A stretch of DNA of 62,527 nt from an uncultured bacterium. Lineage in GTDB: Bacteria > CAZDME01 > JAYEMH01. The stretch lies in the NCBI GenBank assembly GCA_964506075.1, contig CAZDKO010000005.1, forward strand, positions 1 through 62,527. Reading direction: 5' to 3'. The notes under the pieces are model-generated. The model did no database searches, was not told the origin of the DNA, and saw only the letters and a list, made by a program, of their open reading frames with translations. Position numbers and translations under genes: made by a program. Shown piece by piece: positions 19,570 through 29,596 of this stretch (position 1 is its first letter; every line of letters starts with the position of its first letter).

Positions 19570-21255
19570 TTATTTTAAATAAGGCGATATTAATTGGTCA
19601 CGATAAGCGCTTTTCTGGGTGGCAATATCACTAAAGATGGCTTTAATTTCATCTTTATGGTCATATCTGGAATACAAAAAAAATAGCAGATGTTCTTCCT
19701 CAAAATGAGGAAAGGTATTTTCTCCTGCATCCTTGATAACTTTATCGTAAGAATACAACATCTGCTTTTCTTTATCTTGCCAGCTAAGGCCGCCGTGTTC
19801 GTCAAAACCGTAATGGGTGTAAACTCTATTGTATGTAAATTCCTGTTTCAGGGGATACTGAGACAAATCAAAAATTTTTTCTATCCCGTAAAGGTTCGGG
19901 TTAGCAAAGAGTTTGCTCCCGAGTCTTAAATCAAAGACGTTATAGTAGATACGGTTAATATATTTCTTATTCCGGTTTAAAAAAGAAATGGTGCAATCAA
20001 TATCTTCTTCCTTTTCATGGGGGAACCCGCAAATTATTTCCAACCCGGTCCAGATACCGGCTTCATCCGTCCATTTTAAAATTTCTTCCAGTCTTTTCAC
20101 ATCCACCTTTTTATTTATGTATCTTAACAGCCGGGGACTGGCCGTTTCCATCCCGTAGATTAATCTGATACATCCGGCCCGGCGCATTTTAAAAAGTGTG
20201 TCTTGGTCAAAATAATCTATCCGGGCACAGTCACTCCAGAGTATGTCTAATTTATTCTTAATGATTTCGTCACATAGCTCGTTTATATACCTTTCCGAAA
20301 TGTTAAGAGTATCACTTAAAAAGAAGAAACCGGTAGGGTGATACTTCTCCTGGAGTTCTCTTAAACAAGAAACAACTTTTTGAGGCGACATAACATAGGT
20401 TAATTTATTTCCGGACTCACAACAAAATATACATTCAAAAGGGCAACCCCGGATAAATTTAAAAGGTAAAATTAAAGTCCCTGATTCATTAAAATCTTTT
20501 ATTATCTCTTTTACCTTTTCTTTACAATTAAAATTTATACCCCGGTATTTATATTTTTCTAAAGGCAGACCGGCAAAATCGGGCTTGACCAGTTCTTTAA
20601 CTTCTGCCTGTAATATTTTCCCGTCTTCCGAAAAATGCAATCTGGATATTTTCGATAAACTTTGCCCTGCCATTAAAATACTCAACAGTTCAAAAAGGAC
20701 AACTTCACCGGCTCCCTTAACCAGAAAGTCAATATTATCGCTTTTATACTTTGTACTTAATAAATCAATGGCCACACCAAAAGAACCGCCTATAATAATT
20801 ACCGGATGATATTTTTTCTTGAGGAATTTTACGAAACTTAAAGTAAACATTATATTGCTTTTATTCATAGTATTGCAATCAATAGAAAGCAGAATTATTT
20901 TATATCCGTCAAATCTGGATTTCTTAATTACTTTTTCCATATTCATATCTAAATATTTATCTTCGTCACCTTGGTAATATTTAACGATTCTTTCCTCATC
21001 AAAAAAAAGCGATTCGTCTATCTTCTCCTCGGGGTTATCCGAGTATTTGTTATCGTAGTGAACCTTAATATACAAATCATCCTGCTCAATATCGATACCT
21101 TTCTTTTTAAGATAAGAAACAATCTGTCCCAGCGCTAAAGGCGGCAGCAGCACACAGTTTAATTCCGTCGAATAAAGCTGGTGTTTCTCATAAAAAGAGG
21201 GAAGTTTAACAATCTTAATTTTGTCATTATTTATAGATGTAGTCAAACTATCCAC
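19570..21255 (-). CDS. B12-binding-type radical SAM protein (561 aa)
   Basis: PPLALGQIVSYLK, IIIGG, GAGE, RGCPFECIFC, FFLSDT, GMETAS and ICGFPHE. Confidence 0.8.
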   Translation of the reverse strand: MDSLTTSINNDKIKIVKLPSFYEKHQLYSTELNCVLLPPLALGQIVSYLKKKGIDIEQDDLYIKVHYDNKYSDNPEEKIDESLFFDEERIVKYYQGDEDKYLDMNMEKVIKKSRFDGYKIILLSIDCNTMNKSNIMFTLSFVKFLKKKYHPVIIIGGSFGVAIDLLSTKYKSDNIDFLVKGAGEVVLFELLSILMAGQSLSKISRLHFSEDGKILQAEVKELVKPDFAGLPLEKYKYRGINFNCKEKVKEIIKDFNESGTLILPFKFIRGCPFECIFCCESGNKLTYVMSPQKVVSCLRELQEKYHPTGFFFLSDTLNISERYINELCDEIIKNKLDILWSDCARIDYFDQDTLFKMRRAGCIRLIYGMETASPRLLRYINKKVDVKRLEEILKWTDEAGIWTGLEIICGFPHEKEEDIDCTISFLNRNKKYINRIYYNVFDLRLGSKLFANPNLYGIEKIFDLSQYPLKQEFTYNRVYTHYGFDEHGGLSWQDKEKQMLYSYDKVIKDAGENTFPHFEEEHLLFFLYSRYDHKDEIKAIFSDIATQKSAYRDQLISPYLK

Positions 21256-21283
21256 CGTGCTTTAAGAATAATCGATTATTTTA

Positions 21284-22318
21284 TTATTCGCCGTCTGATT
21301 TTGCTCTATCTAAAACCGAGTCTTCTACATTATAAGGATCGTTAACGCAGGTATCGCATTCTCTCTGGCAGTTGTTTATTTTACGTCTTATTTCAATTAC
21401 CCGGGGAGAATACCATAAATCTCTGATATTATCTTTCTTGACGTTCCCGAAAGGGTCCATATGCGGGCATAAAGAGATTTCCCCCGCCGGAGATACTTCA
21501 AAAGAAGCATCTCCCCTCGGACAATTCCCTTTAATGGCCGCTTTCTTTTTTATAAACCCGTAAGGATCCCGGAAATATCCTTTAAAGAGTTTAAGCTGAG
21601 CAACCGGATTATCTATCTTATACCCTTTCTGGGCCAAGCCAATCAATTCGTCAATAACTCCGTATAGTTTCGGCAAGTCTTCCGGCCAGATATCCCGGTG
21701 TTCTGACTTTTTATACCATTGACGGTCGGGTTCGGGCACGAAAGGCCTGACCACCGCGCAAAAGTATATTTTCCACAGTCTTTCGTCCCCGTTTACCCAT
21801 TCAGCCATCTTTACCAGTTCATCAAGGTTCACGTTTAAAATAATAGTATTGAGCCCGATACTCATCTTACTACGATACTTATGGAGCAAATCAATGGCCC
21901 TGATTAAGCGCTCAAAACTACCTTTGACCCCGGTCACGAAATCATGTGTTTCCTCCTTTAAACCGTGAAGCGATAAGATAATAGTGGTTAAACCGGAATC
22001 GCCTATTTTCCTGGCCATATCTTCATCGATGAGATAGGCATTAGTAATCAGCACCGTATTATATCCTTTTTGAGAGGCGAATTTGATTAACTCGCAGATT
22101 CCCTCTTTAATTAAAGGCTCCCCGCCCATAAAAACCAGCGGGATAGACTTCCCGACGAAATCTGCCAGCTCTCCTAAATATTTTTTCCATTCAGCAATAG
22201 TCATTTCATCCGGCTCTCTTTTAATCTGCCACATATTGCAGGTTTTACATTTAAACATGCAGCTTCTTAAAAGTGAAATCTCGCAGTGCTTTGGCCTATC
22301 GTTAACTTCAAGGTTCAA
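21284..22318 (-). CDS. Radical SAM/twitch protein, array family member (variant Cx3Cx2C tail)
   Basis: CMFKCKTCNMW, GGEP; ends CQRECDTCVND. Confidence 0.88.
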   Translation of the reverse strand: MNLEVNDRPKHCEISLLRSCMFKCKTCNMWQIKREPDEMTIAEWKKYLGELADFVGKSIPLVFMGGEPLIKEGICELIKFASQKGYNTVLITNAYLIDEDMARKIGDSGLTTIILSLHGLKEETHDFVTGVKGSFERLIRAIDLLHKYRSKMSIGLNTIILNVNLDELVKMAEWVNGDERLWKIYFCAVVRPFVPEPDRQWYKKSEHRDIWPEDLPKLYGVIDELIGLAQKGYKIDNPVAQLKLFKGYFRDPYGFIKKKAAIKGNCPRGDASFEVSPAGEISLCPHMDPFGNVKKDNIRDLWYSPRVIEIRRKINNCQRECDTCVNDPYNVEDSVLDRAKSDGE

Positions 22319-22375
22319 TATCCAAATCCTCCGATTAAGATTATGTTTCCTTTATTTTCAGGGAAAATAAAAATT

Positions 22376-23380
22376 TCAAATTTTAATTTTTTCATCTTCA
22401 TAAAAACAATTAATCATAATATGACAGTTCTTGCGGCAGTTATATACATCCTGCCTGATTTTTTGAGCCCTCGGGGAATTCCAGATTTCGGCTATATTAT
22501 CATTTTTTATGTTCCCGAGCGGCTCAATTAAAGTGCAGAAAAATATTTTACCGTAAGGGTCAATATGAAACTCATAATCCCCAAGATTACATTTAAGTTT
22601 TTTCAAAAAAGTGTTCGGGTCTTTAAAATATTCCTTAAAATGCAGAAAATGGTTGGGATGGTTTCCAATTTTATATCCGTTGAGTCTTAATTCTTTTATT
22701 TTATCCATAAGAGAGTTGACCTTCTGTATATCCTCGGGCCAGAGAAAACGGCTTTTTTCTTTATTAAACCACCAATCATCCCTGGCTTCACAGAGAGGCT
22801 GAGTGATGGCCTGGAAACTGATCATTTCGATTCTTTTATCGTGCTGGGCCCATTCAATTAATTCCAATATTTCATCAAGGTTAGGGCCCATTATAACGGT
22901 CAGAAGAGCAATTTTTAATTTTGCGCCTTGACGGGCTTTATCCAGATAATCAATAGCTTTCATTACTTTCTGATAACATCCGTTTAATCCCCGGATAAAA
23001 TCATGCGTTCCGGCTTTTATTCCGTCCAGCGAAATTGTTACGGTATCTAATCCGGAACGGACAATATCCCCGGCCGTTTTTTCATCAATCATAACCCCGT
23101 TAGTTACTAAATCGGTTTTATACCCTTCTTGAACAATAAAACTAACCAAATCTAAAACGTCTCCGGATAATAAAGGTTCCCCACCGGACAGGTGAAATTC
23201 AAAATCCGGTTTTACTAAATTTTTTAAAGATTTTACCAGCTGTTTTTTTTGCTCCAGCGTCGGTTCTAAAGATGAATCATAGCTCGTGTTCCAGATATAG
23301 CACATCTTACACCGTAACATACAACGGTAATTAATCACCCAGCAGCAATACCGAGGTTGAGAAGTATCTTTATCCATCAT
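22376..23380 (-). CDS. Radical SAM/twitch protein, array family member
   Basis: CMLRCKMCYIW, GGEP and CRKNCHIMINC. Confidence 0.9.
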   Translation of the reverse strand: MMDKDTSQPRYCCWVINYRCMLRCKMCYIWNTSYDSSLEPTLEQKKQLVKSLKNLVKPDFEFHLSGGEPLLSGDVLDLVSFIVQEGYKTDLVTNGVMIDEKTAGDIVRSGLDTVTISLDGIKAGTHDFIRGLNGCYQKVMKAIDYLDKARQGAKLKIALLTVIMGPNLDEILELIEWAQHDKRIEMISFQAITQPLCEARDDWWFNKEKSRFLWPEDIQKVNSLMDKIKELRLNGYKIGNHPNHFLHFKEYFKDPNTFLKKLKCNLGDYEFHIDPYGKIFFCTLIEPLGNIKNDNIAEIWNSPRAQKIRQDVYNCRKNCHIMINCFYEDEKIKI

Positions 23381-23389
23381 ATTTTAAAA

Positions 23390-24436
23390 TTATCTGTCTG
23401 CGGCGTATAAAGAGGGGTCATCTTCGATGTAACAGCAATTAAGCAGTAAATGACAATTGGTTTTACATTCGTTAATTTTTTTTCTTATTAAATCCGCATC
23501 CTGAGAACGCCATAACTCCCTGATATCATTTTCCCTGATATTGCCGATAAAGTCCTTAAAAAGACACAGCTGAATGAATCCGTAAGTATTCACACTTATG
23601 GCTCTGCCGCCGATAATACATTTAGCCTTATTAACAAATTTCTGGGGATTATTAAAATAGGCTTTATACGCCCGGAGATGTTCTTCCCTGTTACTGACCT
23701 TGGAACCGTTTTTCCGTAAAGAAATAAGCTCATCAATAACAGAAAGGAGCTTTTTAGTATCTTTCGGCCAAAGGTATTTATATTCGTCCAGCCAGTTATC
23801 GGTCAAAGGCCCGCTGTAATTGGGCTGAACCACCGACATAAAATAAAGCCAGTCGACTTTATCGTTTTTATCCGCCCAGTGCACCAGATTAACCAAATCG
23901 TTCATATTCTCATTCATAATGATACAGCAAAGGCCTTTTCTTGTCGCCGGTGAATATTTAGTGAGATTATCTAAAGCCGTCATCACTCTTTGATAAACAC
24001 CTTTGACCCCTCTCATTTTATCGTGAAGTTCAGGGTTAACACTGTCCAGAGATATACTGATAGCGTCTAACCCTGAATCAGCGATTCTTCTGGCCATATC
24101 GGCGTCAATAAGGTAACCGTTTGAAGCCATAATGGTCTTGAACCCCTGGTCTTTGGCAAATTTCACTATATCTAAAATCCCCGGGAGAGACAATACTTCC
24201 CCGCCGCCGAAATCAATTTCAAAATCTTTTTCTACCAGCTCTCTTAAGCCGGATATAAATTTTTTCCATTCGTCCAGCGTCGGCACTTCATCAGGGGAGG
24301 GAATTTTTTCCTGCCATTTATTGCACATTTTACAGCGCAGCATGCAATAATCTGTCGGAGCTATACAGCAGAATCTTGGTTTTAAACTTTCCCCCTCATC
24401 CTTATTAATTCTACTAACTTCACATAAATCGGCCAT
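23390..24436 (-). CDS. Radical SAM/twitch protein, array family member
   Basis: CMLRCKMCNKW, GGGE and CKTNCHLLLNCC. Confidence 0.9.
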   Translation of the reverse strand: MADLCEVSRINKDEGESLKPRFCCIAPTDYCMLRCKMCNKWQEKIPSPDEVPTLDEWKKFISGLRELVEKDFEIDFGGGEVLSLPGILDIVKFAKDQGFKTIMASNGYLIDADMARRIADSGLDAISISLDSVNPELHDKMRGVKGVYQRVMTALDNLTKYSPATRKGLCCIIMNENMNDLVNLVHWADKNDKVDWLYFMSVVQPNYSGPLTDNWLDEYKYLWPKDTKKLLSVIDELISLRKNGSKVSNREEHLRAYKAYFNNPQKFVNKAKCIIGGRAISVNTYGFIQLCLFKDFIGNIRENDIRELWRSQDADLIRKKINECKTNCHLLLNCCYIEDDPSLYAADR

Positions 24437-24458
24437 CTTTACACCTTTAAGTTTTCAT

Positions 24459-25526
24459 TCATGTTTTAAATATAAAAGGATAATCTCCTTCGAAAAAACA
24501 ATTGAGAAGAAAATGACAATTTTCCTTACACGTCCTGACTTTTTTTCTAACCGCCTCGGCTTTATCAGAAGTCCAGATTTTACGGATATCATCTTCTTTA
24601 TTTCTGATGTTGCCCAGACGGTCCCAGCTATAACAAAAGAAAATATCCCCTACGGAACTGATATGGAGCGCCCGGTCAAGATTACAGAGCCCGGTTTTGA
24701 CGAAACGGTCCGGTGCCTCCAGATAATTCTTGTACGCTTCCAGTTGAACAACGGTGTTCCCGATATTCTCCCCTCTTTTTCGCCGCCTGATGAGGCAGTC
24801 AATAATAGCATGGACTTTCTTTGTATCCTGAGGCCAGTAGAAACTAAATTGCCTGGATTTATACCAGTGTTTATTAAATCCATCTTTTCCCCAGTAAGTA
24901 TTATTCGGCTGCATCGGCACCATATAATAGGTGGATTTGAGGCGGGAATCCTGATTGACCCACTCCACCATATCAATGAGCCCGTCCAAAGTGCTGGCCA
25001 TAATAATCGTACAGATGCCGATATGAATATCCGGAGCGTATTTTGATACGTTGTCTATAGCCCGCATCACCCCTTTATATACACCTTTAACTCCCCGCCA
25101 GGAATCGTGGATATTCTCATCCAGACTATCTAAAGAGAAGACGATACTGGAAAGACCCGATTCGGCTATTCTTTTAGCCATCTTTTCATCAACCAGATAT
25201 CCGTTGCTGGCTATGGTCATTTTAAACCCGATATCCGTACAGTACCTGACAAAATCCCAGAGCCAATCGACTAAAAGGGCTTCCCCGCCGCCGATATCGA
25301 TTTCAAACCCTTCGTCGACTAAATCTCTAAGCTGAGATGCCGCCAGTTTCCATTCTTCAAGGGTGGGTTTTACTTTTCCGTAGGTATCCCTGTCCTTTTT
25401 CCACTTATCACACATCTGACAACGTAACATACAATCATCCGTTATTCCCAGACAACAGAATCCCGGCCTAATAATTCCATTTCCATTCTGGCTTGTTTTG
25501 TTACTTCTAAGTAAATATTCACTCAT
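24459..25526 (-). CDS. Radical SAM/twitch protein, array family member; close paralogue of 9644..10693
   Basis: CMLRCQMCDKW, GGGE and CKENCHFLLNC. The ATG at 25526 has a GAGG RBS (alternative ATG at 25538). Confidence 0.9.
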   Translation of the reverse strand: MSEYLLRSNKTSQNGNGIIRPGFCCLGITDDCMLRCQMCDKWKKDRDTYGKVKPTLEEWKLAASQLRDLVDEGFEIDIGGGEALLVDWLWDFVRYCTDIGFKMTIASNGYLVDEKMAKRIAESGLSSIVFSLDSLDENIHDSWRGVKGVYKGVMRAIDNVSKYAPDIHIGICTIIMASTLDGLIDMVEWVNQDSRLKSTYYMVPMQPNNTYWGKDGFNKHWYKSRQFSFYWPQDTKKVHAIIDCLIRRRKRGENIGNTVVQLEAYKNYLEAPDRFVKTGLCNLDRALHISSVGDIFFCYSWDRLGNIRNKEDDIRKIWTSDKAEAVRKKVRTCKENCHFLLNCFFEGDYPFIFKT

Positions 25527-25545
25527 AAATAACCTCATCCTTAAT

Positions 25546-27327
25546 TTATTTCACAAGACTTAGTGACGTCACTCTTATTAAATATATAGAAGTATCAAGC
25601 GCTAAGGCCTGTTTATAAATTAGTTCCACCTTTAATGGTTTTAATCCTTTCGGGCGATACGCCAAATAATCATCTAGGTTCTGGGGATTAAGGCTGGTTA
25701 CTAAAACGATATAATCCAGTTCAGCCAACCATTCATAAAAATCATCTGACAACTTCCAGAAAATCTCGGCCTGATAATTACCTTTCAGGAAAAGTCTAAT
25801 TAATAAAATTTCTCTCATCGTCATATCACTAACCCAGAATTTCTCTTCAAATCGGCTGGAGTCTTTATCGAGAAAAGCGATATTAATCATCTTATCATCT
25901 ATGTTTTCAGAGTTAATGATTTTACCGATGTCTTCCGCCGTTTTTATAAAATTAGAAACCATGGGCCGGTGAGAAATAACCCCTTCATTTAATTTTTCTA
26001 GAAAACGTTTCCGGGGGAAAGGGACATAAGAGTAGTAAATTACCGTTAATATCCCGAGTGCCAAAACAACAATCTTTTTGAATTTTATATTTTTAAACCC
26101 CTCACAAATAAAAATACTTGAAGTAACGGCTAAAACCGGAAGAAGGGGGGTGATAAACTTACCCCATTTAATATGAAATAAGCTCAGGAGTAAATATCCT
26201 GAAACAATCCACGTCGCCATAAACGTTTTATTTAAAAAATTTATATTCTTCTTTTTAAAAAAGAAAAATAAAGATAAAAAAGCTAGCCCAAAAAACAACG
26301 GCGACAGATAATAAATTAACTCCATAATATAAAAGCTGAATGTTTTGATGTTCGCCCCGACATTAGTTGTCTGCGTACACGGGCAGAAAGAATCCTGCGG
26401 CGCCAGAAGAAACGATTCAATAACGGCATTATCGGCACTGCCGATAAAGTCGACGGATTGAAACGTTATCTTTTGATAAGCCTCATCAAAACCCGCTTTA
26501 AGGGTGGTAAAAACTTTATGATATTCCCCGTTAAAATAAAAATTAAAAAAGAAAAAACACAGGAAAAGAAAAATCAACATTTCAAAACAATTTCCAATCC
26601 TTTTTTCACGGTTGAAAATAATAGTTAAGATATGCAATAAAAACAGCGGGATAAAAAAAACCAGAAAAAGTCCCCCTGATAAAACGCCCATACAAAAAAC
26701 CAAAAATAACAACCCTGTCCTTAAAATGCGGGGGATGATTTTCCAGTGCATAAAAATAATAACCGAAAGAATTACAAAAAACATTACCAGAAGTTCAATA
26801 TTAACTTTTCTGGAAAGTCCGATTATGCCCGGATAAAAAGAAAAAATTACCGCGGCCCAGGCGCCGATTTCCTCATTAACGAGATTTTTGCCTAGATAAT
26901 AAACGGCCATTATAACCAATAAAAACTGCAAAAACAGAATAACATTGATGAGCCATAATTTTATATGTCCATTCAAATCTGCGGCTATCGGAAAAGAGAG
27001 AAATAAAGTTGATAGATTAAAATTCGCCGCGGCAAAATGATATCCAGAATGACTTAATTTAAAAAAATCCAAGGTCTCCAGGATTTTCCGGCCGGTTGGA
27101 ATTTCCTTATCGCGCCAAATATCAGTCTCTTTAAAGGCTTTATTTTCCAGCCAGACTGAATGGCATCCGTGCTGAAAATAACCGTCATTTATAAACCACC
27201 ATAAACTATTGAAACAGTGGAAAACGATAACAATAATTAAAATATCCTTAGCCCGCAGCCGGATTTTCCCGGATTTATTTTTATCCGATTTTTGAAGAAT
27301 GTTATTATTCTCCCGCAAACCTTTCAC
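25546..27327 (-). CDS. Polytopic membrane glycosyltransferase-like protein (GT-C/ArnT-PMT-like), paralogue of 6801..8588
   Basis: YYLGK...IGAWAAVIFSFYPG, many TM segments, and the FIGSADNAVIESFL..QDSFCPCTQTTN segment shared with its paralogue. Confidence 0.7.
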   Translation of the reverse strand: MKGLRENNNILQKSDKNKSGKIRLRAKDILIIVIVFHCFNSLWWFINDGYFQHGCHSVWLENKAFKETDIWRDKEIPTGRKILETLDFFKLSHSGYHFAAANFNLSTLFLSFPIAADLNGHIKLWLINVILFLQFLLVIMAVYYLGKNLVNEEIGAWAAVIFSFYPGIIGLSRKVNIELLVMFFVILSVIIFMHWKIIPRILRTGLLFLVFCMGVLSGGLFLVFFIPLFLLHILTIIFNREKRIGNCFEMLIFLFLCFFFFNFYFNGEYHKVFTTLKAGFDEAYQKITFQSVDFIGSADNAVIESFLLAPQDSFCPCTQTTNVGANIKTFSFYIMELIYYLSPLFFGLAFLSLFFFFKKKNINFLNKTFMATWIVSGYLLLSLFHIKWGKFITPLLPVLAVTSSIFICEGFKNIKFKKIVVLALGILTVIYYSYVPFPRKRFLEKLNEGVISHRPMVSNFIKTAEDIGKIINSENIDDKMINIAFLDKDSSRFEEKFWVSDMTMREILLIRLFLKGNYQAEIFWKLSDDFYEWLAELDYIVLVTSLNPQNLDDYLAYRPKGLKPLKVELIYKQALALDTSIYLIRVTSLSLVK

Positions 27328-27340
27328 CTCTAATCCCAGC

Positions 27341-29596
27341 TTATTTTGCCAAACTCAAAAGCCTGGTGGTCCAATCACATAGCTTTTCTTCTAAAAACGT
27401 GAGTGAATCAATGTTTTGAGCGATCTTTAAATTTCTTTCAAAATCATCACAACTTCTATAACAGCCGGCTTCATCTGTATCCGGGTCATTACCTATATTT
27501 ATAAAGAAAGGGTCGTCTTTACCCGGGGCACAGGTTTTCCTTCTAAATTCCTGCTGGTTTTTAGAATTCCAGATTTTAGCAAAGGGTTCATTATTAATAT
27601 TACCAATGGGGATACGATGGGCTTTAAGGCAGGCATTAACGTCGCCATTAGCTAAAATCCTGGCAAACTGCCAGCCGGTATAACACGGTATTTTATCTAT
27701 CAGCCCCTTATCATAACTCCCGTTTTCCGAATAAGGATTTGATAATCTTTTAACAAACTTTTTAATCCCCCAGAATTTAAGCCTTTCGGTGACGCCTCTT
27801 TTATTCATGATTCTTTGTAAGTTTCTGATAACCATCTGACGGCTGTTTTTATCCAGAAGGAGTCTATCCGTTACACCGGGGATAACATCCAACACGGCAA
27901 AATTAACCGCATCAGCCTTAACGTCTAAAGCAAAGCATATCATATTTTTTATGTCTCGCCAGTTAAGGTTCGAAATGACGTTATTAATACAAACGAAAGG
28001 ATGATTTTTCTCCTTAATCTGAGCTAAAAATTTTAACAGTTGTTCCATTCTGTAAAAAGTTAATCCATCCCGGTTAGGATGGGTAATCTTATAAACAAAC
28101 GGGGTTCCCGACCATAAACTGATAATAAGATAATCAAGTTTCAACCGAACCAACTCCGAAATTATTTCTTCATCGACTAAAGTAAAATTTGTATTTAAAT
28201 AACAGACAAGATTATTTTCTTTAATGTAACGGACAACATCTAGAATTTGCGGGTACATAAACGGTTCTCCGCCGCCGGCCAGATAAATTTCCCTGGTTCC
28301 CATTTTTTTAAGTTTATTTATAAGCCCCACTGTCTTTTCGTAAGAGAGACTTTTCCCGTCGTTTCTTTTTTTATCCATCAACGGTGAATTACACCAGCAG
28401 GCGATACAATTATTATTGCATTTATTGGTTAGGTCAATCTGGACAAATTCAGGTCCTCTCAGAGCAACTCTTTTCAAAAAAATTCCTTTATTTACTATAT
28501 CTAAATATCTGTTGAATTTTTGTTTTAAAATATAGAACAACCCGTCTTTTTTCATTTTTCGATTGAACAGTATAAATAACGCTCTTAGCCGGGATTTAAG
28601 AAATGACACCGGCTCGCCGGATAATTTTGACGATATCTTGCTTTTCGAATAGTCTTTTTTCCTTACAAAGAAAAAACCTAATAATCCTTCCAACGCATAA
28701 CATATGCCTTTTTCGGGGATTAAAAACAGAGATTTTTTGATAACCCCTCTATATCTCATCTGCTTCTCCAGATAACAATCATCGTCAGATAAAATTATTT
28801 TACCGGAGAAAAAATTATGTTGAGCCCAGAGATAACTCTTTTTTCTATCTTTATCCAACATTCGCGTTCCCACTATATAGGCATTCACTTCCCGGGGCGT
28901 ATTCTGGATAAGCGGTGAAGTTTCAGTATAAAGAGAGTCATAAAATATTAAACCCAGAGCCGGCATATAAGATTTATTATCTTTAGAAAATCTTAACCCG
29001 ACGAAACGGCTGGAAGAGTCATCTAAGAGGATATCCCGCCACATGTAGGCGTCGGGTAATGTCCCCTGGCTATGTCCATTAATCCAGCTTTTATACTGGC
29101 GAGAGGCCAGACAGACTACCCGGCGCTCGTTAATATTCAAAATTTCCTCCATATTCATCTCTATCCGCCAGAAAATTTCGTGCTCATTTTTTATCTTCAA
29201 GTGCCAGATTTGAGTTATAGGGGATTTTTTGAAATTTACCTGCAGTCTAAAATAATCTCCCCGGTTTTCCAGAATTTTCCATTCACCTTTTGAAGAATCT
29301 ACCCATTCTCCTCCTATATTGATTGCTGAGTTTAAACCTATACCGTGCGTAAGTTCAAAATCACCGTTGTATATTTTGACACCGAAGTCAGAAGACATAA
29401 ATTTAACCCGGCCTTTTTTTATTACGTTAGCCGGCGTATCCGGTATCAATCGGGTTTTATTTCGGAAGATAGGTTGTGGAGGCCGAATTTTTCTGCCAAT
29501 AAAAACAAAATATTTTATCCCTCTCCATAAAGCATAATAAAAACCACCGTAACTCAAGTATTCTTTGAACTTCTGGTAATTATTCATCAGGTGCAA
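27341..29596 (-). CDS. Radical SAM/twitch protein (751 aa) with an N-terminal ~220-aa beta-rich domain
   Basis: GPEFVQIDLTNKCNNNCIACWCNSP, GGGEPF, PCYTGW...CLKAH...GCYRSCDD. Most similar to domain 2 of 73..4341. Confidence 0.88.
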   Translation of the reverse strand: MHLMNNYQKFKEYLSYGGFYYALWRGIKYFVFIGRKIRPPQPIFRNKTRLIPDTPANVIKKGRVKFMSSDFGVKIYNGDFELTHGIGLNSAINIGGEWVDSSKGEWKILENRGDYFRLQVNFKKSPITQIWHLKIKNEHEIFWRIEMNMEEILNINERRVVCLASRQYKSWINGHSQGTLPDAYMWRDILLDDSSSRFVGLRFSKDNKSYMPALGLIFYDSLYTETSPLIQNTPREVNAYIVGTRMLDKDRKKSYLWAQHNFFSGKIILSDDDCYLEKQMRYRGVIKKSLFLIPEKGICYALEGLLGFFFVRKKDYSKSKISSKLSGEPVSFLKSRLRALFILFNRKMKKDGLFYILKQKFNRYLDIVNKGIFLKRVALRGPEFVQIDLTNKCNNNCIACWCNSPLMDKKRNDGKSLSYEKTVGLINKLKKMGTREIYLAGGGEPFMYPQILDVVRYIKENNLVCYLNTNFTLVDEEIISELVRLKLDYLIISLWSGTPFVYKITHPNRDGLTFYRMEQLLKFLAQIKEKNHPFVCINNVISNLNWRDIKNMICFALDVKADAVNFAVLDVIPGVTDRLLLDKNSRQMVIRNLQRIMNKRGVTERLKFWGIKKFVKRLSNPYSENGSYDKGLIDKIPCYTGWQFARILANGDVNACLKAHRIPIGNINNEPFAKIWNSKNQQEFRRKTCAPGKDDPFFINIGNDPDTDEAGCYRSCDDFERNLKIAQNIDSLTFLEEKLCDWTTRLLSLAK

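Noticed and set aside
8601-25526. Labelling the 12 paralogues as PqqE, NirJ/AhbC-D or anSME
   Set aside because: They lack the full SPASM Cx2Cx5Cx3C second-cluster motif, and no PQQ, heme or sulfatase genes are present. Such labels would be generic best hits.
6761-27340. RiPP cluster (rSAM/SPASM maturases plus a precursor peptide)
   Set aside because: Intergenic gaps are at most ~57 bp, so there is no room for a precursor ORF. No RRE/PqqD domain, peptidase or peptide exporter is visible, and the context is Wzm/Wzt. A distant precursor cannot be fully excluded.
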